Positions 25,268-37,833 of a DNA stretch of 64,000 nucleotides are shown in pieces. Under the pieces are notes generated by a model that was not told the origin of the DNA, made no database searches, and saw only the letters and a list, made by a program, of their open reading frames with translations. A program made the translations under genes and the position numbers. This DNA is from Folioceros fuciformis (lineage: Eukaryota), in contig JBNGIO010006285.1 in assembly GCA_049999805.1 (NCBI GenBank), forward strand, positions 227,972 to 291,971, in the 5' to 3' direction. Position 1 is the first letter of the stretch, and each line of letters begins with the position of its first letter.

Positions 25268-27742
25268 CTAGTGCAAGCTCCACCCTTTGGCAGCAAGACG
25301 CTGCCTAACCTGATTGGCTGCTTCCAGGTTATCATTCAGAGGCGGATAGCTCCAGCTCTCCCTCATCTGTTACAATGGCAAAACATAGAGTGTCAAACCA
25401 GCGCTGAATGCAGCACGCACCATACCCGCGCTAAATCAACAACACGCCACAGCACGGGATGGTGATAGAAGCTTACATCTTCTGCCCCAGTGAGAGATCT
25501 TATAACTCCCTTTTGCCGCAAATTTCTCTGAAACTCCGCAAACTTCCATGTGCACCTCTCTGATCCTACTACATACACCGGTTTCCTGCAAACTCAACCA
25601 TGCACTTAGGCATGGCCCCATCTTCTATGCAATCATCAACTTTTGCAGACAAGATGGAGAGGGAAGATTGCAGTACCCTGTGCTGCATGCCTCACTGAGC
25701 ATACTGATAGAATCGGCGGTGACAACAAAAGCATCTCCCCAAGCCAGATGGCCCAAATGTGGATTCGTACCTACACAAAATTTAAGAGGTTCCGTAAGAC
25801 TCCTGACCCACCTTTGGAGAGTTATCACCAGCAAACGAGACGTGGACGCTAGTTACCTCTGCCGTCCCATATGTAAACCTTTGGATGATCCCCTAGCTCT
25901 TGCAAAATTAGATTAGAAACCTAGCAATGTACCATATGAACGGATGTCACCGTAACCACACAATTGCTTACTTACAGTGAAACACAAAAGGGTAAAGCTG
26001 GAATGTAGGAAAAGGCTGGAATCTAGAGCCACTCCTGTGGAGCATGCACGGTTAACACCTTACCGCCACAGGTGTGCGCTTAGAGAAGCTGATCCGTACA
26101 CTCCCACAAGTCACTAGAACCCGCTTCAAGGCAGTAACCAATTCCAGACTCAAATCTTCACCATACCTGCAGTGTCCTAATACACAATGAAATTCTCTCA
26201 ATCAGTGGTTCACAAACACGATCAAGTGTTCCAGAATGGCTGCCTCAGGATGTGAAGGAGCAAAAACACAGAGAGTAAAGTGTAGATTTACTTGCAGGGC
26301 CCCCCACATTCACTATTAGCAATGGTTTTGGAAGTGGAGCCAATTCATCATGCCAAGTGCCTGCAGCTGCACGAAGTGTTGCAGCATCCGCATGGTGAAG
26401 AGCTCCCGTCGTGAGAACCTGCACAACACCAACACACCCCAGTCATAATTCAACCTTTTCCAAGTACTTCGATGACAATGTGGTTTCAGCCTGTGTTCTA
26501 ACCACATGTTTCTCAGGTGGCTGGCTTGGAGTAAGCCAGGGAAGTAGTGCTGGGGGAACTTCGTTGCGTGCACTAGGTGTCAACGCATAATAATCGTGGG
26601 ATGGCGTGATCACCATATCAAACTTATCCAGCCGACACTTCGGATGTTGAATCTTTATAACATTCCAATCCCACAAACACGTAAGTGAGTAGTCATCGGA
26701 TCTTCGGATCCATAATTCAAGGGCCTTAAACAATCTCCCAAACATTTGGAAAAAGTCTGCTTCACCAACCAGAGTAGTACCTGGATAACAAAAGTGGCCT
26801 TCGGAGCCAGCCTCTTCACCTCTGCAGCCACAGACACTGTATCCCGTCCAGAAGCCACTACTAACAACGGGCCCCCTCTACACGCATACACAAAGCGCCA
26901 GTAGTTAGGAACCGAGACTACTTGTATCTACGTATGAGCCTTACCACCAGCAACCACTTCTCAACAGCACCAATTAGAACAAACCTTTCAAAGCCGTCAT
27001 TAGCCAAAGCTGCAATTCTGACTGCATCCGCTTCTGGTGCAGACTTTAATGGAACAGGAACGGCACTGTCTTGAAAAACGTGGCCATCATCTTCCTTTTT
27101 GGGTACAAGGTAAGACAGCGGCAGGCGTCTCCAGTCTGATTGGATGTGTCTCAGCAGACAATCTACTTTCTTGTGTATTGGGACTGGAAGCCATCTCAAC
27201 CACAAGTTGTAGCCACCCTTGGGTCGGAGAACGCGCTGACAAAAGAAAATCCACAGACACTGTCAAATCACAAGTAACCTTGGAGACTCTGAATAGCAGA
27301 GGCACAGGCTCTAGTGTTTCCCAATTCTAGAGGTACAAAACGCCGTCGCCGAAAACAGGATTTGAAATCAAGCACTCCACTCACAGGCAGTACTGCTCTA
27401 ACAAGGGAGGACCCGTAGCTTCTTGTCGTAAAGCAAACACCAGATCCCACACATGCCCAGATCCACCAAGTCCATAGCTATCCTACGATAGAGAAAATAA
27501 GCAACCAGCAACCCTACTCCTAGGAAAATCCACAAGAGATGTGAAGAAGGGACACATACAAATATGTCGAAGGCGTTCCCAAATCCAAGGGCCCTCACAA
27601 GGCCGATGCACTGATGCTCTGCTCCAGCAGCTCCATTTCCAATCACCAAAACTCGCCGCACAACGCAGGAAAACCCCCGGTCAAAAATCTCTGGCACGCC
27701 AGAAGTTGCACCTGGTGGTTCCGGTAGTTTTATCGGCCTCAT
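25268..27742 (-). CDS. ELM1: Mitochondrial fission protein ELM1 (multi-exon)
   Basis: 'MRPIKLPEPP...PEIFDRG...RRVLVIGNGAAGAEHQCIGLVRALG', 'PLLVVASGRDT', 'IQHPKCRLDKFDMVITPSHDYY', 'NPHLGHLAWGDAFVVTADSISMLSEACSTG' and 'SWSYPPLND'. Confidence 0.93.
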
Positions 27743-28589
27743 GTTGAAAACAACACATCCCCTCCCCTCCCACCGCCGCCAGAAACTACACTCCCCAAAT
27801 TCCACCACTCGACTCCTCAGCAACAGCTACTGCCGATCCTGGCAGCCATTATTCCGAGCTCAGTCCAGCTGCCTTAAAAGCCACAGACAGGCTCTTCCCG
27901 GCCCCAGCCGCTTTGCGGTGCACACCAATCCAGCAACTGCTGTAAGCAAAAAACGCTCAAGCAACCTCCAGACGCACCAATCCCGAAGTCTGCCGTCCTT
28001 TTCCGGTGCGGCAGGAGGGAAAACCAAGCCTAACCGTCCGACACAGAGACGGAACCAGCCGGTCCTCAATCTCTGCGACTCGGCAGCTCCTGCTCTTCCC
28101 CTAAGGATTCCACAGAAGCTGGAATTCCCTTGACACCACCACCCCACTGTCATGCATAGAGCCGCTGCTTTTCATTCACGTAACTGCAAAATCTACATCT
28201 TCCAAGAAATTAGGCCTGCTGAGAAGCAAGCGAAACCAGGCCTCTATCAATTCCAGAGCACCACAATCGCTAGGACATGTAAGCAAAGGCGACGACGCGG
28301 CAGGGGGCAGATTGTTCGGACAGAAGACGGGACATGTGGCAAGGCAGCCCAGTGGCTTGCCTTTGGCATTGCATTGAACCACCGGACTCTGAACCGGCCG
28401 GACTATATATGCACACTGGATTACCCAAGCTAGACGAAAAGTCGGGCGAAACTGGCAAAACGTTGTCTACCGGAGGCGCACTGGAATCGTGTGGGAGCGT
28501 TCGTCTGCCTGAACGTGAAGCGGCCGGCAAGGTAGAGGCTGAGGGATCGATCTGGAGAGCCCGTTGTTGAGCATTTGCGAGGCTGCAGA

Positions 28590-29063
28590 ATGTCGGGGGA
28601 GGCGGCGCTAGCCCTGGGCGTGATCGGCGTCATGATTGTGGTGATGGGGAACTCCCAAGCGCTGATGCACAAGTTGATGCATGGCAAGGTGCGATGTCCT
28701 CAGTCTCTCCATCGGAGCTCGGTGGTTTTTTCTGTGTATCGCCCTTTTGCTCCTGCGCATGCACTGTGTGGATTTCTCAGTGTCATGGATGCAGTTGTCG
28801 TTGCTGCTGCTGGATTGGATTGTGTGCGCAATTCTCTAGGGTTGCTGATGCTCTGCTTTGCCGATTTCTGTTATTTTGGAGTGTTGCAGCCGAAGCATCC
28901 CTGTCACGATGCTTGGGACAGGGCTATGGAGGAACGGGACAAGCGAATATTGGACGAGGCGAGAGCGAGGGTGAGCTATCCGTGCTCTGATCATTTGTGT
29001 GACTCAGCAGAATTCGCTTTGTTGCTTAAATGGTGTCATGTGATGCGATCTGTACAGATTTGA
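28590..29063 (+). CDS. NDUFA1: NADH dehydrogenase complex I MWFE subunit (exons 28590-28688, 28890-28970, 29058-29063)
   Basis: MSGEAALALGVIGVMIVVMGNSQALMHKLMHGK|PKHPCHDAWDRAMEERDKRIL... matches the plant MWFE pattern 'MGNSQ...HG.PKH..HD.WD.AME.RD'. Confidence 0.88.
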   Translation: MSGEAALALGVIGVMIVVMGNSQALMHKLMHGKVRCPQSLHRSSVVFSVYRPFAPAHALCGFLSVMDAVVVAAAGLDCVRNSLGLLMLCFADFCYFGVLQPKHPCHDAWDRAMEERDKRILDEARARVSYPCSDHLCDSAEFALLLKWCHVMRSVQI

Positions 29064-29267
29064 GGTGAAAATGGCGTTTTGGTTGATTAGAATTGGAGCT
29101 ATGGAGCAATGTGTTCAAAGTCGCTGTGGTGCTGTTCAAATCTGCTAGGACTATTTCGTATCTTGAGGTAGATCCAGAGACTCTTCTGCGCTTGAAACGT
29201 GTCAAGGCGCAGGATAGCCTTGCTGCTGTACTCTCCTCGAGGAAATAGCTGCTATCGCGTTTTCATT

Positions 29268-29861
29268 TCATCTTTTTTGAGGTGTCTCACCTTCGAGAGG
29301 AAGGCGTCGAAACTTCAGCCTCCTCTCCAGACGGCACACATCCTTGATGTCCTTCGAACTCTTATTTGGCTCCTGGGTATTTCCTGTGTCTGCAATGAAC
29401 TTACTCTGTGGTCAGCATCAGCAGCAGCTCAAGTTTGTCCAAATACTTTGCTATGCATGCCTTGAGCACACACCGCGCTCGGAGAAGACGAAGCAAGCAC
29501 CGACCGTCTCTTGATACTCCCCGATCTGCGAAAAACACCACAGTCCTTAGCGGGAAGACATTGCTTTGTACCCGATACGCTGAGAAGGTGCGAGAATTGG
29601 ATTGTAGCAACGATTTGCGAGAAGGTCCATCCTGCTTACCAGCTTGTGACTGCCTATGGTCAGAACGGGATTAAGAGTGTCCAGACCCTGCCAGCATCCC
29701 AGCGTCAGCAACCGAAACAGAAGAGGGAGTTGAGGCGTTCTGAAATAATAACTCACGGTGATGGTGTAGGGAGTGTTGGGAACAAGGGCCAAGCCGTGCA
29801 ACGCGTCGTCCATATCCAGGAGCACGTACTCGGAACCCGCCTTGTCGTCAGACTCCGCCAT
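29268..29861 (-). CDS. TFIIIC subunit 6 / tau55-related small protein (4 exons)
   Basis: 'EYVLLDMD...PNTPYTIT|GLDTLNPVLTIG|IGEYQETVGACFVFSE|...VCRLERRLKFRR' resembles the TFIIIC_sub6 family. Confidence 0.8.
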
Positions 29862-29893
29862 GGTCGCTCTCTCGGCCTGTTTTCGAGCTAGTT

Positions 29894-29902
29894 AAACCCT
29901 AG
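29894..29902 (+). promoter_or_regulatory. Telo-box (AAACCCTA) in the 67-bp gap between divergent start codons
   Basis: AAACCCTAG lies between the ATG at 29861 (minus) and the ATG at 29929 (plus). Telo-boxes are typical of plant translation and RNA-processing genes. Confidence 0.6.
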
Positions 29903-29928
29903 AGCTGTGGGTACTCCAAGCGGTGGCT

Positions 29929-31560
29929 ATGGAGTTTGTGACCCAGGAGGGTCTGCGTGTGGATGGGCGCCGAGCCCCCGAGATGCGACAATTATATGCA
30001 GAAATTGGAGTGATTGAGAAGGCCAGCGGGTATGTAGAACCTGGTATAGAAGTTTCGCCTTTTGGAGCGATGCTTGCGGACTGAGATGTGTGGATTCAGG
30101 TCTGCACTGTTTCAGATGGGCAACACAAAAGTGATAGCTGCTGTATATGGTCCTCACGAGGTACGGTGGTTGAACCCGCCGGAAGCATTTTCTGCGTGGT
30201 GATGTGTGGAGGGTGTATTCTGAATTGGCGTTGTGGTTTGCGGCCCAGGTTCAAAACCGAAGTCAGCAGCTACACGATCAGGCCTTGGTAAGCTCACTTC
30301 ATACAGGCACGGTTGCCCGATTGCCTTCTCATGGTGATGGGGTGCCTGTGTGTTTGTTTGTGACGAGATGGCAAGGCCTTGGCAAAGGGCTCTGCACATA
30401 GGTTTTTGCTAAGTTTGTTTCGTGCCTGTTCGATGTGGAGAACTACTGATGCTCTTCTTCGGTCAGGTTAAATGCGATTATAGCATGGCCACTTTCAGTA
30501 CAGGGGAGCGCAGGAAACGAGGGAAGGGTGACAGGTTCGGCTAGTATGTGGGTTCCTTGCAGGTCTGTTTCTCATTGTGCAAACATTCGTATATTCCTGG
30601 GTCATCGTCATTGGTTGTGGCAGACGGGCTATGGAGATATCGCTGGTAATTAGGCAGACGATGGAAGAGGCAATACTGACAGAGCAAATGCCTCGAACAC
30701 AGGCCAGTGCAACTCTGCGTCAATTTTTTGGGGTTGGTGTTCGATGTCTGGTGATTGACGTGACAGGACAATCCCTGTTTTGCAGATTGATATTTACGTG
30801 CAAGTCTTGCAAGCAGATGGAGGTAAGTTTCAGTTTGGGCATTGGTCACCGAGTACAAACAGGCATTGACTCTGGCAACATGGAGCCAGTGAGACCATGG
30901 GTGAGATGATGCGCAGGAACAAGGTCCGCTTGCATCAATGCTGCAACCATCGCTCTGGCAGATGCGGGAATACCCATGAGAGATCTTGCTGTGTCATGTT
31001 CTGCTGGCTACTTGGATAGCACTCCTTTGCTAGGTGCAACTGCTGGTCCATCATTCTCCATCGTGCCCATTCCCTTTGCCGAGTGCGAATCTTACGTTCC
31101 CTGCTGGTGTCCACAGACTTGAACTACCTCGAAGATAGCGGAGGCGGTCCTGATGTTACAGTGGGGCTCTTCCCAAAACTGGACAAAATCTCACTCCTGC
31201 AGGTTCGCTCATCTCTGTCATTGGTTCGAGTGTTCATGCCGTTCTGAATACGGAATCCTCGCTCTCAAACCTTGTAAATCCCGCAGATGGACTCCAGATT
31301 GCCAATCGATGTGCTGGAGAAGGTGGTGCTGTTAGCATCGGAGGGCTGCAGGGCTGTAGCTAAGTACATACGAGAGGTAGGAGTCTGTTGCAGGACGCAT
31401 GCCTCCTCGTACACCGACTCCCCCTTTTTTTTTGTCCTGCATTTTTTAAATAATTATAATAGTAGCTCGGAAGCTCAGAGCCACATTGTGTGTTTTTGGC
31501 TTGCAGGTCCTTTCCGCCCAAACACAAGCACTTGCTTACTCCAGGGGTCCTGTGAAATGA
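29929..31560 (+). CDS. RRP41: Exosome complex component RRP41 (RNase PH family), ~10 exons
   Basis: '[14 protein letters not shown]', '[15 protein letters not shown]', '[11 protein letters not shown]', '[33 protein letters not shown]', 'DLNYLED' and 'MDSRLP'. Confidence 0.96.
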
Positions 31561-31744
31561 CGTATAGTTCCTTTTTGTGGCCCAGTTGTTGGAGGCATGT
31601 GACAAGGGGTTGAAAGGAATTCTGGACGTACGGATACCTTCGTCACTTTAATCAAAATGGTAGACTTATGTTGCCGCTACATATACATTCGTTGTGCTTA
31701 GTTAGTAGATGTGATGTAAGTGAGAAGAGAGGAGAAAGAATCAT

Positions 31745-33045
31745 TCATGCCCTGCCTTGGGTTTGTTTCAGAGCTCTGTTCACAGCTTCTTCCTCCTCCA
31801 CTACAGACTGGAACAAGTCCTCCTCATCTATGGCTTCCAGGACAGCCTGGTCGTCCAGGAGATCATCGTCCGCGATAGTGAGACGGCCCGTGCTCGGGTC
31901 CACGCAGGCCACAAACATGAGCGGGTCGAAGGGAGTGTAAACAAGGTACTCGGCCTGGCGGAAGAAGAAGGTGGTGATCTCCACACCCTCGGCCAGGGAC
32001 CCCCCCAGAGCTCCCCCGTACTCCGTGTTGAGGTCGATCACGTCCTCGTCCGTAAAGCAGAATCCTCCGCGAGCCGTCAGGCAGAAGCCGGTGTGCATGA
32101 GATGCAGGCGGATCTTCGCAAGCGCGTAGGAGGCGGTGGGAAGCACCTGCTCCAGCTCCTGGTCAGTGAGGTCTCTCAGCCCCAGCTCCCCCTCCCCCTC
32201 CTGGAACTTCAGAATCTGCAGAGCCATGTCCAGTGGCGTGAGCAGCAGGCACTGCACGCCATCCGAGCTCTGGAACGCGCGCCTCACCACGCACTCCAGC
32301 GGAAGCCCTGTGCCTGGTTCCACCAACGTCACCATGCGCTTGTTGGCCGGCGCCATGAGCACGACATCCCCCGTGCTGTCCAGCACGAAGCCAGCCGGCG
32401 GCTTAGGAAGAAGGGATGGCGGCAAACCGGCGTCGTCCACCACCTCCACGTTACTGGATGCGGTACTTCGCTTCTCAGCCTGCTGCAGCTGCTGAAAACA
32501 TGATCGGTTGACAACGTCACGCAGGTGAGAACATCATCAGACAGCAGCAACAAGGAAGAGGTGGACGGGATGAACAGCAAACAGCGCAACGACGATGAGA
32601 GGACAGAACAAGTGAAAAGTACGTGCAGACGAGCATATCAACCAACAACACAGCTACGGTGACAGGGCATGATCACCAAACAGCACAGTGCAGATGAGAA
32701 CATCGTCAACAAACAGCGCAACGTAGACGAGGACATGACCAGCAAACAACTCAATACAAACACAAAACACCAGCACCATCACAGGAGCATCAACACACAC
32801 TCTGATGGAATTTATTCACAGACAACAGACATCTCACTTACATTCTTGTCCTGCAGAGGAGGAGCAGCTTGCTGTCTCTGGTTTTGCTGCTTCTTCTGGC
32901 TGCCACCGGTCGTCTGCTTGTACGAGCTTTGCTTTGCAGCTCTGCAATGGAAGCGGGATCCTCCGCAGCAGCCTAGCCTGAGTGCAGGATCGGCTACCGC
33001 AGGACGGAAGGTGCACGCAAGCACTGCGTGCATAGAAGCCGCCAT
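31745..33045 (-). CDS. DUF3727/DUF1292-like, probably plastid-targeted protein (2 exons)
   Basis: Transit-peptide-like exon 1 (MAASMHAVLACTFR...). Exon 2 has 'LECVVRRAF..DG..CLLLTPLD', 'YALAKIRLHL', 'RGGFCF' and 'YLVYTPFDPLMFVA'. Confidence 0.7.
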
Positions 33046-33369
33046 GGCCGCGTACCCTGCTACCGCTCTGTCTTCCTACTCCATGTTGTTGCTGCTCCTC
33101 CGCGTTGCATTCTTTCCCCCTGCTGCAGCAATCCGAGGCCTTGCTATGGCATAGATCGTTTCTGGGTTGATTGGAAACTATGTATGTAGTATGTACTACA
33201 TACTTCTAGGGCCTGGCACCGGGACAGCAGGGACGGGACCGTGGTGCGGTGGAGTTGCCGGAGAAGATGGAGCTGGATGCATAGCACCGTGTGTGTAGCA
33301 GGTCCATGGCTTGAATCAAATCGTATCGAATCGCAAGGGCCGGCCGCAGGACGGGCCACGGCTGCCGCC

Positions 33370-34840
33370 ATGGATGCGGCGAGGAAGAAGGCGCTTGTAC
33401 GGTCCCGCATGAAGCAGGCCGCGCAGCAACGGGAGAAGCGGATAGACTCCCCTCTCGTGCGGTGCGTCTCTGCCCTGGCTGGTGGAGCCTGGTGATTCTA
33501 TTGCTTGTGCAACAAAATTTTGCTTCATACTGCTTCTTGAACAATTGTCTTGCTTTGACTGCTTGCTTGATTGCCACAGATACAACGAGCTAGGGCAGCC
33601 TGTGTGCAAGGTCTGCAATGTGGCAGTGAGGTCAGAGTCTTTGTGGCCTGCTCATCTCGTCTCCCGGCAGCACAAGGAGGTGAGGTGACGTGCTATTTGT
33701 GGACAAGAAAGGTCTTCCTTGATGGACTCGGCATGTCGGAGGTGAACTGACTGAGCTCAGGCGTGCAGGCCGCGGAGGACATCAAGGCAAGGGCCAAGGC
33801 TGCAGGTTTATCTTCAGGAGCACAGCCACCAATTCCTGCCGAGCCTGTTAGGATTGCTAAGGTCACGCCTCCTGTAGCAACAGCCGCTCCTGCTGGTAGT
33901 GGTCCTCCAGTTCCAGGCACCCGCACTTCCTCAGCTCTCCCGGTAGACTTTTTCGATGCTCCAGATGCCAAGAGGATCCGCTCATCAGGTATCAGCTGCT
34001 TCTGTTTTCTAACTTAACCAGCTGCTCCTGTGGAGTTGAGCCGTAGTGATTGACAGCTTCTCATCACGGCACCTTCATGTCCTTGTCTAGGACAGGAAGG
34101 ATCGAGAAAGGTGTAGCGGTCCCCCAAGAGGTGGTGGCAGTAGCCAATGAATCACCACAGGCTGATCCTGTTGAAGGGAAGGGTTCTCTGCCTGAAGGAT
34201 TTTTCGACAGTGTCCCGGCTGATCACAAGGCCCGCGGAAAAGAACCTCCCAAAGCTGATTTGAAGTAAGTTCGTTTTCCCACTGGCCTTCATCAGCCGTC
34301 CGAGAATGAAGTCATCCTTGTAAGGCTCCTCTAATCACATTGGCTCCTCAGCGACGAGTGGAAGGAGTTTCAGAAATCCATCCAGGACGATCTGAAAGAG
34401 GTGGATTATCGTCAAGAAGAAGAGGAGGTAAAGTCACCTTACCATGCACAACACTACGCCATAGTCGCTTCCATCGTGGCGGCTTCGTTAGGTAGTGACG
34501 CTCACGCGCTGTTTCCTTTGGGCCTACAGTATGACGCTGCTGAGGAAAGAGAAGCACGGGAAGAGCTTGAGCGAAGGTAATCCATCCACCTCTTTTGTCT
34601 CTGGGCCACACATTTGAACCCTGCAGTCATCTGAAACATTCTGTTCGTTCCGTGCACAGGACCTTGATGCTCAAGGTAGACATGTTTCGGAAAAAGCAGG
34701 AAGAGAAGGCAGCTGCTTTGGCTGCTGCGGTTGCCAAGGAGATGGACGCAGTGCAACCAGAGGAGGAGGATCCGTCGGGTAGCGACGATGACAGCGAGGA
34801 GGACACTTACTACGTGGATTGGCGAGCCAAACATCTGTAG
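33370..34840 (+). CDS. ZNF830/CCDC16-like C2H2 zinc-finger protein (ARS1-like), multi-exon
   Basis: 'KRIDSPLVR|YNELGQPVCKVCNVAVRSESLWPAHLVSRQHKE', 'ALPVDFFD', 'SLPEGFFD...D.KARG', 'DEWKEFQKSI' and the terminal 'VDWRAKHL'. Confidence 0.88.
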
Positions 34841-35652
34841 CTCACTGAAGCAAACGGCTTAGCTTGTAAGCTTTGCAACTCGTCGCCCACATGTAGCGAT
34901 TTAGTGCAGACACTTTGACACGATGTTCAGAGAAATGTCATCACCACCGTCATACCTTGATACGCGTACAGGTGATTATTTCTTTTCGATTATTCGTACA
35001 TTTGACTATGAATCACTGTGAAGTTGCGCGAAATCATGTAGGGCATGGCCTGTGTCTTTTTCATCTTACGATCGAGGTAGTTATCTCGATTTATTTACCT
35101 AGCGACGTGCCGTGTGTGTTCATAACCTCTGTTTATTCTGTAGTAGACGGTGTGTACATGTGTGAGCCTGACACATCGCCATTATTAACATGAGTTATAT
35201 ACCCGCGAGCTTCTAGGTCGCAGACAATAAGACAGGCGAGGAATTAGTATCTCGCTAGCAGAACTTTGGTGCCGCCTCTCCGCACCGCCGCCTTGAGAGG
35301 AGTCCCGGGTTGTTGTTGTGACAATTCCTGAATTCGTCGTGCATAGTGTCGGTGTGCTGTGGAGTCTGAGGCGGCAGCATCGCTATCAGCACGTAGTGCT
35401 GTGCACAGGAAGCCGAGAAGAATTGGTCCTGAAGCGGGAGCGCTGGGCTTTGGCTGGTCGCAATCCGTGCGGGCGGGGTGACTGTGTGGAGAGGGCGTAG
35501 AGACCGGCGGCGGTAGGGTTTCGGGTGCTGGATCGTGAATGTGCCGTGACGGGGTGACGGGAGTCAAGGGAAGGGAAGGCTAGGATTTGCCTTGACGCTG
35601 TTGCCAGTGCTTGCGGCACCAGTAGCGCGCTGCTATCCCGTACGCAGGGAAA

Positions 35653-37833
35653 ATGGTGTCGGACGCGAGCAAGAAGAAAGCTGCCGCTAAGAAGGCTGCA
35701 GCAGCTGCGAAGCGGGGTTCCAAGTCTACATCCGTGCCGAAGTTGGAGGATGCTGTCGAGAATGGCAACCTACAGAGGGCTGCCGATGAATTGATTGCTA
35801 TGCAGATCACGGATCGGACGTGCACGGGGGTCTTGGCATCGCACCCGCAGTCGAGGGATATTCATGTGAGTCGTCCTGAGCGATAGGGTTTAATTGCGGT
35901 CTGGCTGAGGGCTAGGAGCCGATGAGCGGTAGTGATTTGTATGCTGTGAACGATGGCCTGTAATGCTTTGGTTGTTTTTGCTGTGCTTTAGATTGAGAGC
36001 TTGTCTGTGACATTTCACGGTCACGAGCTGGTGTCCGATTCTACGCTTGAGCTCAATTATGGGAGGTAAGTTTCGCACTGGCGGCCTTGTTTTTTTCTGA
36101 GCGTGGGAACGTTAGTTTGTCGACGCTGAATGGCTTCGTCTGTCCTAGTACAGGCGCTATGGATTGTTGGGATTGAATGGTTGCGGAAAGTCGACGCTGC
36201 TGACCGCCATAGGGTGTCGGGAGGTTCCCATACCGGATCATATGGACATCTACCATCTGACCAGGGAGATTGATGCCACGGACTTGACTGCGCTAGAGGC
36301 TGTAATGAACGTCGATGCTGAGCGGCTGAAACTTGAACGAGAAGTTGAGAGGCTTGCAGCTCAGGTTTGTTCTGGTCGATGGCGATGAAGTATTTCGCAG
36401 TTCTAGTACTACGCTATTTTGGAGACCGTGAGATCCACCATGTTGTTTGTCTTTGCAGGATGATGGTGGGGGAGAAGCTTTGGATCGCTTGTATGAAAGG
36501 CTTGAAGCCATGGATTCTTCCACAGCAGAGAAAAGGGCTGCAGAAATTCTGCATGGCCTTGGTTTCACCAAAAAAATGCAAGCGAAGAAGACACGGGACT
36601 TCTCTGGAGGATGGAGAATGAGAATTGCATTGGCTAGGGCCCTGTTCATGAACCCCACCATTCTTCTCCTGGACGAGCCCACCAATCATTTGGGTAAGTG
36701 TAGACAAAAATGGAGCCCTCGGGTGCTAGCTTTGTCACTCAAAGGTGCTGACAGAGCATTGGTGTTGTTTGCTTTTGTCAGATTTGGAAGCCTGTGTGTG
36801 GCTGGAAGAAACTCTGAAGAAGTTTGACAGAATTCTAGTGGTGGTCTCGCACTCCCAAGATTTTCTTAATGGAGTTTGCACGAACATCATTCACATGCAA
36901 AACAAGAAGTTGAAGTTCTACTCGGGCAATTATGATCAGTATGTGCAGACGCGATCAGAGTTGGAGGAGAATCAGATGAAGCAGTACAGGTGGGAACAAG
37001 AACAGATTGCCGGTATGAAAGAATATATCGCAAGGTTTGGCCACGGTTCTGCAAAGCTTGCACGACAAGCTCAAAGTAAGGAGAAGACTTTGGCGAAGAT
37101 GGAAAGGGGGGGTCTGACGGAGAAGGTTTCCAAAGACAAGGTTTTGGTTTTCAGGTTCACAGATGTTGGCAAGCTTCCTCCGCCAGTTCTCCAGTTTGTG
37201 GAAGTTGATTTTGGGTATACAGCCGATTCTTTCATATACCGGAAGATAGACTTTGGTGTGGATCTCGATTCACGGATAGCACTTGTTGGGCCTAATGGTG
37301 CTGGCAAAAGCACTCTGCTGAAATTGATGACCGGAGAGCTCGTGCCAGTAGATGGCATGGTAAGGCGTCACAACCATCTGCGTATAGCACAGTATCATCA
37401 GCACTTGACAGAGACCCTGGATTTGAGTATGTCAGCCCTGCAGTATATGATGAGTGAGTATCCAGGACTTGAAGAAGAGAAGATGCGTGCAGCCATTGGT
37501 AAGTTTGGATTGACGGGTAAAGCCCAAATAATGCCTATGGGAAATTTGTCCGATGGACAGAAAAGTAGAGTCATTTTTGCCTGGTTGGCGTGGAGACTTC
37601 CTCATCTGCTTCTGCTGGATGAACCTACCAATCATCTTGACATAGAGACTATCGACTCTTTAGCTGATGCGTTGAATGAGTGGGATGGCGGTTTGGTGCT
37701 TGTCAGTCACGACTTCAGACTCATTAACCAAGTAGCCAAGGAGATTTGGGTTTGTGAGAACAAAGCAGTCAGCAGGTGGGAGGGTGACATTATGGACTTC
37801 AAGCAACACTTGAAGAAGAAAGCAGGTCTCTAA
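35653..37833 (+). CDS. ABCF1: ABC-F family ATPase (plant ABCF1; ARB1/ABCF2 type), 5 exons
   Basis: '[14 protein letters not shown]' N-terminus and two NBDs ([23 protein letters not shown] and [24 protein letters not shown]), with no TM domains. Confidence 0.97.
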
